Positions 8,610-19,586 of a stretch of DNA of 41,164 bases are shown here, piece by piece; position 1 is the first letter of the stretch, and each line of letters opens with the position of its first letter. Source of the stretch: Chrysochromulina tobinii (taxonomy: Eukaryota); contig JWZX01003386.1 in the NCBI GenBank assembly GCA_001275005.1, positions 1 through 41,164 on the forward strand, written 5' to 3'. The position numbers and the translations under genes were made by a program. The notes below the pieces were generated by a model. It was given only the letters and a program-made list of their open reading frames with translations. It had not been told where the DNA came from and ran no database searches.

Positions 8610-11600
8610 ATGGACGAGATCGCCAAGCTGCAGTACCTGTCGCTCGTCAACAAGGTGTGCTCCGAGCTGGACAACCACATCGGCGTCTCGGACAAGGACC
8701 TCGCCGAATTCATTATCGACCTCGCCAAGAAGCATCCGCAGCTGCCCGACTTCCTCAAGGCGCTCGCCGCAAATGGGGCAGAGTTTCCCGAGTCCTTCGC
8801 TACAAGCCTGCTCGCGCTCGTCGCCAAAATGACGCCCAAGAAGCGGGCCGCACCCGTGCCCGCCGCGCTCGGCGCGCACAAGGCAGCCGCCGCCTCCTCG
8901 TCCGACCCGCTCACGGCCAGGTTCCCTGGCCTGGCAGGCGCGAACGACTCGAGGGAACGACGCGAGGCGCTGGAGCGCGAGGCGCTCGGCGGGGCCGCCG
9001 TCGCCGATCCGTCCGCCGCTTCTCTCCGTCATCGCGGCGATGGCAAGCAGCTGATGCCGCCACCGCCACCGCCACCGCCGTCGTCGTCGGCAGCGCCGCC
9101 GCCGCCCGAGGCGCGGCCGATGGACGACAGGCCTGTACCAGGGCGTGTGTACCGCGGCACGGTGGCCAATGTGCTCGACTTTGGTTGCTTCGTGCAGCTC
9201 GAAGGCATTCGCGGGAAGGCCGAGGGCCTCTGCCACGTCTCGCACCTGGGAGGGCCGCAGGGTGGCCGGCCGCAGGACCTGGTGAAGCGCGGCCAGCGCT
9301 GTTACGCCAAGGTGCTCTCCGCGACAGGCTCCAAGCTGACCCTCTCACTGCGCGACGCGGACCAGAGGACGGGCGAGGACCTGACGCCGAATATGCGGCT
9401 CCCCGGCCAGGCGCCCGTGAGCGAGAGCGGCAGCTCGTCGGCCGGCGCGTCGTCGGCGCTGCGCGAGTCGGGTGGCGCGGGCGGCGTGTCCTCTGCCAAC
9501 CCGACTCGCCCTGCAGGCAGTGACGCCAGCGCGGGTGGCAAGCGGCCCGCCGGCTGGGACTCGGACGAGCCCCGTCGCGCGACGAAGCGGCTCACCTCGC
9601 CTGAGAAGTTCGAGGCTCAGCAGCTGATCGCCTCGGGCGTGCTCGATGTGCGAGACTACCCTCAGTTCGATGAGGAGGCGGGCGGCATGATGGCGTCCGC
9701 GATGGAGGAGACGCAGGAGGAGCTCGAGATCGAGCTCAATGAGGCCGAGCCGCTCTTTTTGCGCGGCCAGACAAAGGCGTCCATCGCGCTCTCGCCGATC
9801 AAGATCGTCAAAAATCCCGACGGCTCGCTGCAGCGCGCGGCGATGACGCAGTCCGCACTCGCCAAGGAGCGGCGAGAGCTACGCGAGACGCAGCAGCGCG
9901 CACTCATGGACTCGATCCCCAAGGATCTCAACCGACCCTGGGAGGACCCGCTGCCCGAGCCGGGCGAGCGCCACATTGCTCAGGAGCTTCGCGGGCTGGG
10001 CTACACTCAGGAGGCTGCACCCGAGTGGAAGCAGCAGACGATGGGCAAGACCACCTCCTTTGGCTTCCCTACGAAGCATAAGAGCATGGCAGAGTCGCGC
10101 GCGTCCCTGCCCATCTACGCGCTCAAGCAGGAGCTGGTGAATGCGGTCACGGAGAATCAGGTGCTCGTCGTCATCGGCGAGACCGGCTCCGGGAAGACGA
10201 CCCAGATGACGCAGTACATGGCCGAGGCGGGCTTCACCTCCAAGGGCATCATTGCATGCACGCAGCCGCGACGAGTGGCGGCCATGTCGGTCGCCAAGCG
10301 TGTGGCCGAGGAGTTTGGGTGCCGGCTCGGCCAGGAAGTCGGCTATTCAATCCGCTTCGAGGATTGCACCTCGCCCGAGACGGTCATCAAGTACATGACC
10401 GACGGCATGCTGCTGCGCGAGTGCCTCGTTGACACGGAGCTCACGCGCTATTCTCTCATCATGCTCGACGAGGCACACGAGCGGACCATCCACACGGACG
10501 TGCTCTTCGGCCTGCTCAAGGGGCTGCTCAAGCGCCGGAAGGACCTCAAGCTCATCTGCACCTCGGCCACGCTTGATGCTGAGAAGTACTCCACCTACTT
10601 CCTTGAGTGCCCAATCTTCACCATCCCGGGGCGCACCTTCCCCGTCGAAATCTTGTACACCAAGGCGCCCGAGACCGACTACCTCGACGCGTCGCTCATC
10701 ACCGTGATGCAGATCCACCTGTCCGAGCCGCCGGGCGACGTGCTGCTCTTCCTCACAGGCCAGGAAGAGATCGACACCGCATGCCAGATCCTCTTCGAGC
10801 GCATGAAGTCCCTCGGCCCCAACCTGCCTGAGCTCATCGTCCTACCGGTCTACTCTGCACTCCCTTCCGAGATGCAGACCAAGATCTTCGAGCCCGCGCC
10901 GCCCGGCGCGCGCAAGGTCATCGTCGCGACCAATATCGCGGAGGCGTCGCTCACCATCGACGGCATCTACTACGTCGTGGACCCGGGCTTCGTCAAGCAG
11001 ATGTCGTACAATGGCCAAGGTCGGCATGGACTCCCTCGTCGTGGTGCCCATCTCGCAGGCGTCGGGCTCGGCCAGCGCGCAGGCCGTGCGGGGCGCACCG
11101 GCCCGGGCAAGTGCTATCGGCTGTACACGGAGGCAGCATACCGCAACGAGATGCTACCGACGTCGGTGCCCGAGATCCAGCGGACCAATCTGGGGAATAC
11201 CGTCCTGTCCATGAAGGCGATGGGCGTCAATGACTTGATGCATTTCGACTTTATGGACGCACCGCCCGTGCAGACCCTCGTCGCGGCGATGGAGTCACTC
11301 TTCGCGCTCGGCGCGCTTGACGAGGAGGGGCTGCTGACACTTCTCGGACGGCGCATGGCCGAATTCCCACTCGAGCCGCCTCTCTCCAAGATCCTCATCC
11401 AGTCTGTCGAGCTCGGGTGCTCAGACGAGGTGCTCACGGTGACAGCGATGCTCTCGGTGCAGAACATTTGGTATCGTCCCAAGGAGAAGCAGGCGCAGGC
11501 CGACCAGAAGCGTGCCAAGTTCTTCCAGCCCGAGGGCGACCACCTGACCAACCTCGCCGTGTACCAGGCATGGGCCGCCGCCAAGTTCTCCAACCCGTGG

Positions 11601-12074
11601 TGCTTCGAGAACTTCATCCAAGCGCGCACGATGCGCCGCGCGCAGGACGTGCGCAAGCAGCTGCTCGCCATCATGGACCGTTACAAACTAGAGCTGAACA
11701 CGTGTGGGCGCAACTTCACCAAGGTGCGCAAGGCCATCACCTCGGGCTTCTTTATGCATGCGGCCAAGAAGGACCCGCAGGAAGGGTACAAGACGATGGA
11801 CGAGGGCCAGGTGGTCTACATCCACCCATCGTCATCGCTCTTCAACCGCAATCCCGAGTGGCTCATTTACCACGAGCTCGTGCTCACCACAAAGGAGTAC
11901 ATGCGCGAGATCATCTCGATCGAGCCCAAGTGGTTACTCGAGCTCGCGCCGCGCTACTTCCAGCAGTGTAATCCGAAACAACTCTCGAAGCGCAAGAGAC
12001 AGGAGCGCATCGAGCCGCTCTACGATCGCTTCAACGATCCCAATGCGTGGCGCCTCTCGAAGCGACGGGGCTGA
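8610..12074 (+). CDS. DHX8: Pre-mRNA splicing DEAH-box RNA helicase Prp22/DHX8
   Basis: N-terminus [20 protein letters not shown]1 domain ([15 protein letters not shown]), [44 protein letters not shown]-terminal AWRLSK. Locally out of frame at 11012-11072 because of compensating indels. Confidence 0.97.
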   Translation: MDEIAKLQYLSLVNKVCSELDNHIGVSDKDLAEFIIDLAKKHPQLPDFLKALAANGAEFPESFATSLLALVAKMTPKKRAAPVPAALGAHKAAAASSSDPLTARFPGLAGANDSRERREALEREALGGAAVADPSAASLRHRGDGKQLMPPPPPPPPSSSAAPPPPEARPMDDRPVPGRVYRGTVANVLDFGCFVQLEGIRGKAEGLCHVSHLGGPQGGRPQDLVKRGQRCYAKVLSATGSKLTLSLRDADQRTGEDLTPNMRLPGQAPVSESGSSSAGASSALRESGGAGGVSSANPTRPAGSDASAGGKRPAGWDSDEPRRATKRLTSPEKFEAQQLIASGVLDVRDYPQFDEEAGGMMASAMEETQEELEIELNEAEPLFLRGQTKASIALSPIKIVKNPDGSLQRAAMTQSALAKERRELRETQQRALMDSIPKDLNRPWEDPLPEPGERHIAQELRGLGYTQEAAPEWKQQTMGKTTSFGFPTKHKSMAESRASLPIYALKQELVNAVTENQVLVVIGETGSGKTTQMTQYMAEAGFTSKGIIACTQPRRVAAMSVAKRVAEEFGCRLGQEVGYSIRFEDCTSPETVIKYMTDGMLLRECLVDTELTRYSLIMLDEAHERTIHTDVLFGLLKGLLKRRKDLKLICTSATLDAEKYSTYFLECPIFTIPGRTFPVEILYTKAPETDYLDASLITVMQIHLSEPPGDVLLFLTGQEEIDTACQILFERMKSLGPNLPELIVLPVYSALPSEMQTKIFEPAPPGARKVIVATNIAEASLTIDGIYYVVDPGFVKQMSYNGQGRHGLPRRGAHLAGVGLGQRAGRAGRTGPGKCYRLYTEAAYRNEMLPTSVPEIQRTNLGNTVLSMKAMGVNDLMHFDFMDAPPVQTLVAAMESLFALGALDEEGLLTLLGRRMAEFPLEPPLSKILIQSVELGCSDEVLTVTAMLSVQNIWYRPKEKQAQADQKRAKFFQPEGDHLTNLAVYQAWAAAKFSNPWCFENFIQARTMRRAQDVRKQLLAIMDRYKLELNTCGRNFTKVRKAITSGFFMHAAKKDPQEGYKTMDEGQVVYIHPSSSLFNRNPEWLIYHELVLTTKEYMREIISIEPKWLLELAPRYFQQCNPKQLSKRKRQERIEPLYDRFNDPNAWRLSKRRG

Positions 12075-12392
12075 GCCGAGAGGTTTGAGGGCGGCCTTCT
12101 CACAGATGGGAGATGCAGACACGCATGAGCTCCACAGTAGCGGACCGGTGCCGAACTCACTGTCTCACACGCCGCGACGTCGCCCCCGTGCCCCGAGCAC
12201 GGAGCACGCGTACTAACTACTATGATTTATGGTTAACTACCCGCCGTAGTGCTTATCTGTTAATAGTAAATGACACCGCGTACTATTCCTAAGCGTCTTG
12301 TACCGAGCTGAAGCCGAGCCGTTGTTCCAGTTTCGTTAAGCGATGACGGTTGACGCGCTCGACGTGGCGTCTGGCTCGACGGCGGTTACTTT

Positions 12393-14039
12393 TTACATCA
12401 CGGCGCACTTATTTTTCTCTGCGGGAGGCGCCGCCAGGACCGGTTTGATGACAGGCACCGGCGTGTACACCGCCGTCAAGAGCGCATGGTCCGATGGCCA
12501 TGCAGGAATCGGAAGTTCAGTCCGTTTGAGAGTGCCCCCTTCCCCTCCCAGCCCCTTGCCTTCCCCTGGGCCGTTGAGCACGTGTCCGAGATCCGGAAAG
12601 ACGTGAGGGTACTTGAGGGTGCCCCGCGGCGCTAGGATCTTGTCACTGGGCGCGTGCGCCACCGTCATGCACTTGGCCGCATCGTGGCACTGCAGATGCA
12701 GCAGCGAGTAGTGCGTGGCGGTGGTGGCGACGTGCGGCTCCGGTAGGCTCTCATACGCATAGCTGTTCAACTCGTCGCGCAGGTCTTGGGCGAGCTCAAC
12801 ACTGCCCAGGCTGCAATCGGCCAGCACCACTAGCGGCCGACCTACTGGGTCGAAGTTGGAATCGCTGCCCAGTGGCGATGGGCAGCGGCCGCCCACCGGC
12901 TGCGTGGCAACTAAGCTAGTTGCCCCGTCCGCGTTCGGACTTAGCACTGGAGCCGTTGGGTTGGGCACAGTGGAGAAGCAATTGGCCTCATTGTGACTTG
13001 CGACCGCGAGCGCGAAGCGAGCGATCAACCTGGCAGAGAGGGCGTCCCTCGGCTGACTAGCATGCATCACGAGAAAGCGCGTGCGCGAGAGCGGAGTCTG
13101 CGCACGCGGGAAGCGCACGAGCAGCACGCGCGTCGCCGTGGTGCTCAAGAGCTCCTGAGCGAGAGGCCCTTCCAAATCGAGCTGCTCGCCTTGAGCGATG
13201 GCTTCATCGAGGCACTGCTGCATCAGCGTCGGGCCGAGCGCGTCAATTCCATACTGCTTCGGCTCGCCAAGCTGCGTCCTCGAGTAGATGAGTGCGACGG
13301 GCGACACCGCGAGCCCGCCAACGCACACGCCGTAGTCCAGGGGCAGCAGAAGCTTTTGGAGCGCAATCTCCTTGGCTGTGCCGGCCCGCGGCCAGTGCTG
13401 CACGCCCAGGATGAGCGGCTGCTGGCCCGCGCGATTCCGGGCAGCCCACACGAACTTGCGAGCGAGCGCCGCGCACTTGCTTGGCTGTAAGTAGCTCTTC
13501 GTACACATAGTGCGGTAGGCCTGCGCCTCGAGCGAGCACACGACGTTGCACGCCATGTCCCAAACGATGAGACGTGCGTCCTGTTTGTACGGTGAATCGC
13601 CGCTTCCTCGTGAGATCAGCGCCTCCATCTCGTCCTGCCAATAGTCGAGCATCTGCCATTGGCCGGTGCCATCCTTCTTATAGCTCCGCCACGCAAAGCT
13701 GAGACAGTTCAGTCGCGGCTCGAGCAACTTTCTGTCACTGGCGAGCGCTGGCAGATTATCCTCCTCATGCATGAAGAATGACCACACCGTGCGATCTTCG
13801 CCGCTCGAGCAGTAGACCTGCATAGCGTCCAGAAGCGGCCCTGACCGTCGTGCAAGCTCGAGCAAGATGTCGCCAGAGGTCATCGCAAAGTCCTCCCACA
13901 ACAGACTCAGCGCACGATCTTGCAATTTCTTGTGGCTGACGGCAAGACTCTTGTCTGATGCGAATTCAAAGGGATTATACACATCCCCTTGCAGGTTGAG
14001 GGTGCCTACCAGGGCGGATGGCGTCCTTGGCAGCGGCAT
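12393..14039 (-). CDS. Endonuclease/exonuclease/phosphatase (EEP)-fold-like protein, divergent
   Basis: Motif order VGTLNLQG ... LILGVQHW ... FLVMH ... PLVVLADCS ... SDKILA ... WPSDHALLTAV matches the EEP skeleton. First ATG at 14039. Confidence 0.6.
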   Translation of the reverse strand: MPLPRTPSALVGTLNLQGDVYNPFEFASDKSLAVSHKKLQDRALSLLWEDFAMTSGDILLELARRSGPLLDAMQVYCSSGEDRTVWSFFMHEEDNLPALASDRKLLEPRLNCLSFAWRSYKKDGTGQWQMLDYWQDEMEALISRGSGDSPYKQDARLIVWDMACNVVCSLEAQAYRTMCTKSYLQPSKCAALARKFVWAARNRAGQQPLILGVQHWPRAGTAKEIALQKLLLPLDYGVCVGGLAVSPVALIYSRTQLGEPKQYGIDALGPTLMQQCLDEAIAQGEQLDLEGPLAQELLSTTATRVLLVRFPRAQTPLSRTRFLVMHASQPRDALSARLIARFALAVASHNEANCFSTVPNPTAPVLSPNADGATSLVATQPVGGRCPSPLGSDSNFDPVGRPLVVLADCSLGSVELAQDLRDELNSYAYESLPEPHVATTATHYSLLHLQCHDAAKCMTVAHAPSDKILAPRGTLKYPHVFPDLGHVLNGPGEGKGLGGEGGTLKRTELPIPAWPSDHALLTAVYTPVPVIKPVLAAPPAEKNKCAVM

Positions 14040-14283
14040 CTTGCCCGTCGGTCGAACTTCAACTTGGCGCTCGCCTGTTCTCTGGGACTTCACATGAAGA
14101 CACCATTGGCTGTAAAGACCGCTCACCCCAACCGTACTTCTGACATTATCATTCACGCGCGACGCGACGCGCACAACGCACGCGCCGCCCAGATGAACGA
14201 GCCGTGCGCATTGTTGGGTTCACGTGAGCGAGGCGCATAGCTGTGGCCCTGCTGCCGTGCGCCCCTCCATGACCCTGTCACCA

Positions 14284-16110
14284 TCAAGCATCAATTGTAT
14301 TCTTGCTCGCAGCATTCCTTTTGAGGTAGTCCTGCTTCATCTGTGCCCAGATCATGAGCTCGGCCTCGCTCAGCTCCGACTCGGCAGCTTGCGTCTCCAT
14401 CACATAGAGCTGCATGTGCTCAAGCATCTTGCGCTCGCCGTCGGCCAGATCGGTTCGATCTCGGTTCTCCTGGATGCCTTTGCGCATGGTCTCGACGATA
14501 CGCTGGCGCACTCGCGCGGCATTGTCCGGCGGCGGTGGTGGAGGCGACGGCGTGAGTGACGCCGCCGCCGCCGCGGCCTCCTCCTGCCGTTCACTCCGCG
14601 CGCGCTGCTGCAGCGTCTGCAGGGCCACGGCTGGAGGGGGAGGCGGAGGTGGTCGCGGTGGCGGAGGTGGCGACGGCGGCGCGGCAGCGCGCGTAACGGC
14701 CGTTGACGCCGCAGCCGTGGGGTCGGCCGTCGACGACGTGGCTGGCGGCGGCGGAGGCGCAAGCTCAAATCCCGGCGGCGCCCATGGCGGCGCCAACGGG
14801 GCGCCATCACGCATTCTACCGCGGCGGTCGGTCGCAACGACTATTGGACGCTTCTCAACGTTCCGTGGCCGGCTAGCAGTCTGGGCGTCGACAGCCTTGT
14901 CCGCCTTGTCTGCGGCGGCGGCGGCGGCGGCGGCGGCAGCGGCCGCCGCCTTGGCAATCGTGCGCGCGGCCTTCACGGCCGCCTTCTGCTCGGCCAGCGC
15001 CTGCATCACATCCGTCGCCTCGTCCGTGAGGGCCTCTTCCGCCGCCTTGGCGGCCGCCTCGTCGCGCGCGACGAGCGCAGCGTTACGTGCGAGGTCGCGG
15101 CGCGCCTTGGCGACGAATAGCTGACGGTTGGTCAGCTTGGTCGCCTGGACGGCGTACACGGGAGCGGGTGCCGCAGCCGACGCAGGCACCAGCTCCGACA
15201 CCTCGAGCTCCGCCCACTCGGCCGAGTAGAAGAAGAAAGAGCCGACCATGTACAACAAGTCGGCTCCATCGGCTGCCTGCAGCCAAGCGAGCGATGCCGA
15301 GCGCGGGTCGCACGTCGCATACTTAGCCCACTCGCTGCTGCCGACAGCGCTCTCTTTTCCGCCACTCGGGCTCGGGCTCGGGCTCGGGCTCGCGCTTGGG
15401 CTCCCGTCGCTCGCGGGCTGCTTGGGCGGCGGCGCAGAGAAAGTCACGCAGAGCGTACCGCCCGGACGCACAACGCGGTGCAATTCCGCAAAGAGTGCGA
15501 GCGGCGCCTCCGAGTAAGGCACGACATCGTGCGAGAGCACGGCGTCGAAGGAGCCTTCGGCGTAGGGCAGCACGTACTGCAGCCCCTGCTCGGCCGAGAT
15601 GCGCTGCAACGCCGAGAGTGGTACATGCTGCACCCCACGGCCACCGACCGCGGCCTCGCGGCCGGCGAGGAGAGAGGCATCGCTCGCGTGCAGGCGCACT
15701 GCTTGACGGCGCACGCCGGTGGGTAGCCGTGTCGCGCCATCGCAAACGTGCTCGAGCACGGGCCGCCGGCCAGTGCCGAAGAGCCCCGGCGAGCGGCCGA
15801 GCAGCTTGCTGTAGAAGCGACGGAGTGCAGCGCTCACCAGTGCATTGGGCTCGGGCTGGAGCCGGAGCTTCTGCGCGGCCTGGAAGAGCTCGATGCCCGA
15901 GTACGGGCACTCCTTGGGGTACGGCTTGACGCGCAGCATGCGCTCGAACTGGAGCACTTCGTGCGATCCGCCCGACTTGATGATGATGTTCGTTGCCATG
16001 GACAAGGGTGGTTTCTCCTGCGCGAGGATCTTTGGCTTCCTTCTCGAGTCGAAGCGCGGGGCTGCGCTCCAATACGCGGCGAGGAGCACGGCGCTCCAAG
16101 CAACGTGCAT
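14284..16110 (-). CDS. Methyltransferase type 11-like protein (plant/cyanobacterial-type) with N-terminal leader and Ala/Pro-rich extension
   Basis: LPYAEGSFDAVL..LFAELHRVVRPGGTLCVTFS is class I SAM-MTase post-I/II/III. Also AALRRFYSKLL and MVGSFFFYS. Motif I is degenerate. Hydrophobic leader MHVAWSAVLLAAYW. Confidence 0.75.
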   Translation of the reverse strand: MHVAWSAVLLAAYWSAAPRFDSRRKPKILAQEKPPLSMATNIIIKSGGSHEVLQFERMLRVKPYPKECPYSGIELFQAAQKLRLQPEPNALVSAALRRFYSKLLGRSPGLFGTGRRPVLEHVCDGATRLPTGVRRQAVRLHASDASLLAGREAAVGGRGVQHVPLSALQRISAEQGLQYVLPYAEGSFDAVLSHDVVPYSEAPLALFAELHRVVRPGGTLCVTFSAPPPKQPASDGSPSASPSPSPSPSGGKESAVGSSEWAKYATCDPRSASLAWLQAADGADLLYMVGSFFFYSAEWAELEVSELVPASAAAPAPVYAVQATKLTNRQLFVAKARRDLARNAALVARDEAAAKAAEEALTDEATDVMQALAEQKAAVKAARTIAKAAAAAAAAAAAAADKADKAVDAQTASRPRNVEKRPIVVATDRRGRMRDGAPLAPPWAPPGFELAPPPPPATSSTADPTAAASTAVTRAAAPPSPPPPPRPPPPPPPAVALQTLQQRARSERQEEAAAAAASLTPSPPPPPPDNAARVRQRIVETMRKGIQENRDRTDLADGERKMLEHMQLYVMETQAAESELSEAELMIWAQMKQDYLKRNAASKNTIDA

Positions 16111-16386
16111 AGTGACACTACGGGGGACGCCACAACAGGCTCAGAAGCGAGGGACCAGCGCAGCCGGACGCCGCTGCGCGCGCGTGATGAAGCTGCTGAT
16201 TGTGTGAAACTGCTGTGAAACACAAGTGTGTACGGCAGATCTCGATAATGTTTATCGGCGAACCCCGTTAATTTCGTGACTCATCACATCCGTGGACTCA
16301 CTTTCGATTACGTTCTTCATCGGGATTTCTTCATCGAGCCCAAAAGAGCAAGCTCAAAGCACAAGGGCCGGCCGAGTGGGCCTTTC

Positions 16387-17270
16387 ATGGCGAAGCGCAA
16401 GCGCCTTGGGTGGAAGGAGCCGCTGATCGCTTCGCAGGTGGATGCTCACCCCGACCTGCTCTCCATTCCCACCTTCGTGTTGTTCGTGCAGAAGGATGAG
16501 CTGCAGATGAGCCGCGTCGAGGTGCGCAAGGAGGATCGGCTGGAGGCGCAGAAGGAATTTGAGATGTGGTTGGAGAAGCAGACAGCGCCGCGGCAGGCGC
16601 CGCCGAAGAAGCAGATGCAGAACGAGGAGTCTCTGGCCCCGTCGACGACAAGGAGCGGAGCGCCGTCGCTGTGCGCACCGCCGCAGTCGCTGCGGCCGCC
16701 GGTGGTCCCCGTGGCATCTCGCGGCCCTCTTCGGACGGCTTCCGTCCGCGCGCCGGTCAAGCGATCGGGCAGCCGCGCTACCCGCAGCCGCAGACGCGTC
16801 CGTATAACTCGCAGCGTGGCGCGCGTGCAGCGCAGGAGGCCGCATCACCTCCGCGCAGCCGCGCGACGACCATGGCGGACACCATTGCAGCCAACACTGG
16901 ATATCCCGACCGCGTCTACGACAGCGAGGACGGGCTAGGCGTCAACTCCCCGGGGATCAGCAAAGCGCGCAAGACGCCCACACCGAGGCCAGGCTCCAAC
17001 GGCCGGCCGAAGACGCCCACGCCGCGCCCGAGTAACAACTCTGCGCAGAGGAGGCGGCCACCATCCGCGCGCAAGGAGAATCCGAGCAATCGCAATGGCC
17101 AGCGGCCGGGCAGCGCGCCGGGTGCGAGCGGGGGGGTGCAGCGGCCGCCGAGCGGCGCGGGTGGCACGGGGATGGGCAGTGCGCGGCCGCAGGGCTCGGC
17201 CAGGCGCAAGACGCCGCGCGCGACGCCCAGGAGGGACCGTCCGCCCTCGGCGCCAATCCCAGTGGCATGA
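16387..17270 (+). CDS. Hypothetical basic, Pro/Arg-rich protein; probable 54-nt intron (16438-16491) and frameshift near 16700
   Basis: ATG 16387 gives MAKRKRLGWKEPLIASQ..EDRLEAQKEFEMWLEKQ. Protein-like reading then continues in another frame (GGPRGISRPSSDG..KTPTPRP x2) to TGA at 17270. Confidence 0.45.
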
Positions 17271-17700
17271 GGCGTGCCGCCGCTACTCGCGCGGCTCGCG
17301 AATTGCCATTGCTGAGCGACGGCGGGGGAGGCCCTGCCTTGCGAACACATCCGAGCTGGAATCCTTCGAGGGGCCGGGCGGGTCTATGTGGACTGTGCAC
17401 CATGTATACTGTGTGTGGCGTAACCCAGAGAGTCGGCTGCGTGATGGCCGGGTGATCAGCATCATGCCTCATGGCGCGGACACGGACAGTTCTTGTCGTA
17501 TCACTGCCGCGGTAACCGGCGGACAATGTGTGGAGGTCTTTGATTCATGGATCGTTGTCTAATTTGGTAATTAAAGCTTTTCTTCAGAGGTCTGAGGACA
17601 CCTAACTTCTTTGAAGCCCCTGACAGGAGGGGGTCGCGCAGGCGGCGCGTGGCGGCCGCCCCCCGCCGTTACCCCCGCCCGCGGCCCGGCGCCCCGCCCG

Positions 17701-19161
17701 TCACCGGGTACCGACGTTCGAAGAACGTTTGAGAAGACCCCCGCTGCCTCGGGTCGGGCTGGCGGTGCGCGGCGCGACAGCCGCCTTGGCCGAGGGTGGT
17801 CGCGCGCCTGAGACTGAACGCGCCGAGCTGGCCTGCTGCTGCGAGCTGGGCCGCGGCGAGGGTGCTCGAAGTTTCAGGGTTGCCACGCCCGTACGCGCGG
17901 GCAGCGGGGCACAAAGCTGCTTGGGCAGCTGGGCAGCAGGCGGCTTGGGCTGCTGGGTGGCGGGACCGGCCCCGGCGGCGCGTCGCGCGGCCTCGGCGCC
18001 GCTGAGTTTCTTCGGCGGCGGCGGAGGAGGAGTGACCTGATGCGTGGCGTGTGGCAAGTGGTTGCGCCATGAGCGCTGCAGCGAGACTGCGGCTGCGTGC
18101 GCCTCGACCCCTTTCACCGCGCCCTCGTAATCTACGAGACGCTCGGGCGGGGTGGCGGTGCCTGCGCTGCTACTCGAAACGCCGCCCGTGCCGTAGCTGC
18201 CGCCCGTGCATGCAACCGCCGCATTGGCCGCATCGAGCGCCGCCTGCGCCTCGGCGGAGAGGCCCCACGATGGCGGCGGCTTGGGCGCCTCTGTGAACTG
18301 CGTGAGCAGCACCTTGAGCGGGAGCCTCTCCGAGGGCTTCTTGGCAAGTAGCTTGCGCACGACGTCGACCATCTCGAGGGAGTAGTTTGTGCGCAGCGCC
18401 TCCACGTCTAGCTCATGCGCGCGTATGTGCATCAGCAGCCCCTTCATGCCGCCCTCGGGCCCGCCCTCGGGCGTCGTCAGCTCGTTCCACGGCGGCACGA
18501 AGCTCATCGCCTCGTATATAGTGCATCCGAAGGCCCACACGTCCGCGTTGCGATCGTACGGCTTGCCCGCAGCGAGCTCCGGGCTCATGTACAGCGGCGT
18601 ACCCACCTGCATCTCCGCCACGCCGTCCACCTTCGAGAGCACCTTGGACAATCCAAAGTCACCAAGCCGCACGTCGCCGACGCCCGAGAGGAAGACATTC
18701 TTGGGCTTGATGTCGCGATGCAGCAGGTACACCTCTCTGTGGAGGTACTCGAGCGCGCTTGCGAGTTGTGTCGCGTACCGGCGCACCTCGGTCTCTGTGA
18801 ACCGCGCACCCTTCTCCTTGCTCCGCTTGGCAATCAGCCGCGCGAGGTCACCACCGGCAGCAAACTCCATGACTATGTTGATCGTGCCACTCTCCTCGAA
18901 GGTGGTCACGTAGCGAATGATGTTGGGATGGCTCAAGCGCTTGAGCACATTGATTTCCTGCTTCGCCGACCGCACCTCCGACTGCGACAGCCCATTGGTG
19001 ACCACCTCTTTGAGCACCAAGCTCTCTCCGCCCTTTTTCGTGTGCCGCACGAGCCACACGGCGCCAAATGAGCCACGTCCGATGAGGCTCAGCTTGGTGT
19101 ATTCGCCGCTGCACGACGTGGCGCCGCCCGTCTTGGGCGGCGCAATCGTCGAAGGCGGCAT
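17701..19161 (-). CDS. NEK: NIMA-related (NEK) Ser/Thr kinase with IQ-like motif
   Basis: IGRGSFGAV, VLKEV, QEINVLKRLSHPNII, HRDIKPKNVFL, DFGLSK, VGTPLYMSPEL..KPYD..DVWAFG; AAAVSLQRSWRNHL after the kinase domain. First ATG at 19161. Confidence 0.92.
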   Translation of the reverse strand: MPPSTIAPPKTGGATSCSGEYTKLSLIGRGSFGAVWLVRHTKKGGESLVLKEVVTNGLSQSEVRSAKQEINVLKRLSHPNIIRYVTTFEESGTINIVMEFAAGGDLARLIAKRSKEKGARFTETEVRRYATQLASALEYLHREVYLLHRDIKPKNVFLSGVGDVRLGDFGLSKVLSKVDGVAEMQVGTPLYMSPELAAGKPYDRNADVWAFGCTIYEAMSFVPPWNELTTPEGGPEGGMKGLLMHIRAHELDVEALRTNYSLEMVDVVRKLLAKKPSERLPLKVLLTQFTEAPKPPPSWGLSAEAQAALDAANAAVACTGGSYGTGGVSSSSAGTATPPERLVDYEGAVKGVEAHAAAVSLQRSWRNHLPHATHQVTPPPPPPKKLSGAEAARRAAGAGPATQQPKPPAAQLPKQLCAPLPARTGVATLKLRAPSPRPSSQQQASSARSVSGARPPSAKAAVAPRTASPTRGSGGLLKRSSNVGTR

Positions 19162-19476
19162 TGCACTCAATAATTCCCGAAACAAAACAAATTTGGGACG
19201 CGGACGGACTGTTGCAATTGGGATACGAGTTTGATTTTCTAGTTATGCCCCAACAACCACACATTTCGTCATCATACCCCCCTGTCCCACCGGGACGACG
19301 GACGAGCCGCATGCGCCATGCGGTCTGGGCCGTGGTCGAGTCCACGATCGCGCGGCGGCGCGCCCCCCGCCCGCCCCCACAGCGGCCGCATCGCGGCCGC
19401 CCGTCCCCCGGCTGAACGCGCGGGCGGGGCGTGCGCGACGCTCCACCGCGACGATACATGTACACATGTATTGAAA

Positions 19477-19532
19477 TTCCGTAGAGACTTGACTTAACTT
19501 GACTTGACTTGACTTGACTATTTCCGCAGAGA
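19477..19532 (+). repeat. (GACTT)7 microsatellite flanked by 11-bp near-perfect direct repeats
   Basis: ttccgtagaga (19477-19487) / (GACTT)n 19486-19519 / ttccgcagaga (19522-19532). Confidence 0.8.
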
Positions 19533-19586
19533 TCGCGCCCTAAGCGCCCGCCCCGGCGCGCCCTGGTCTCGGTCCCGAGGCCAGGG

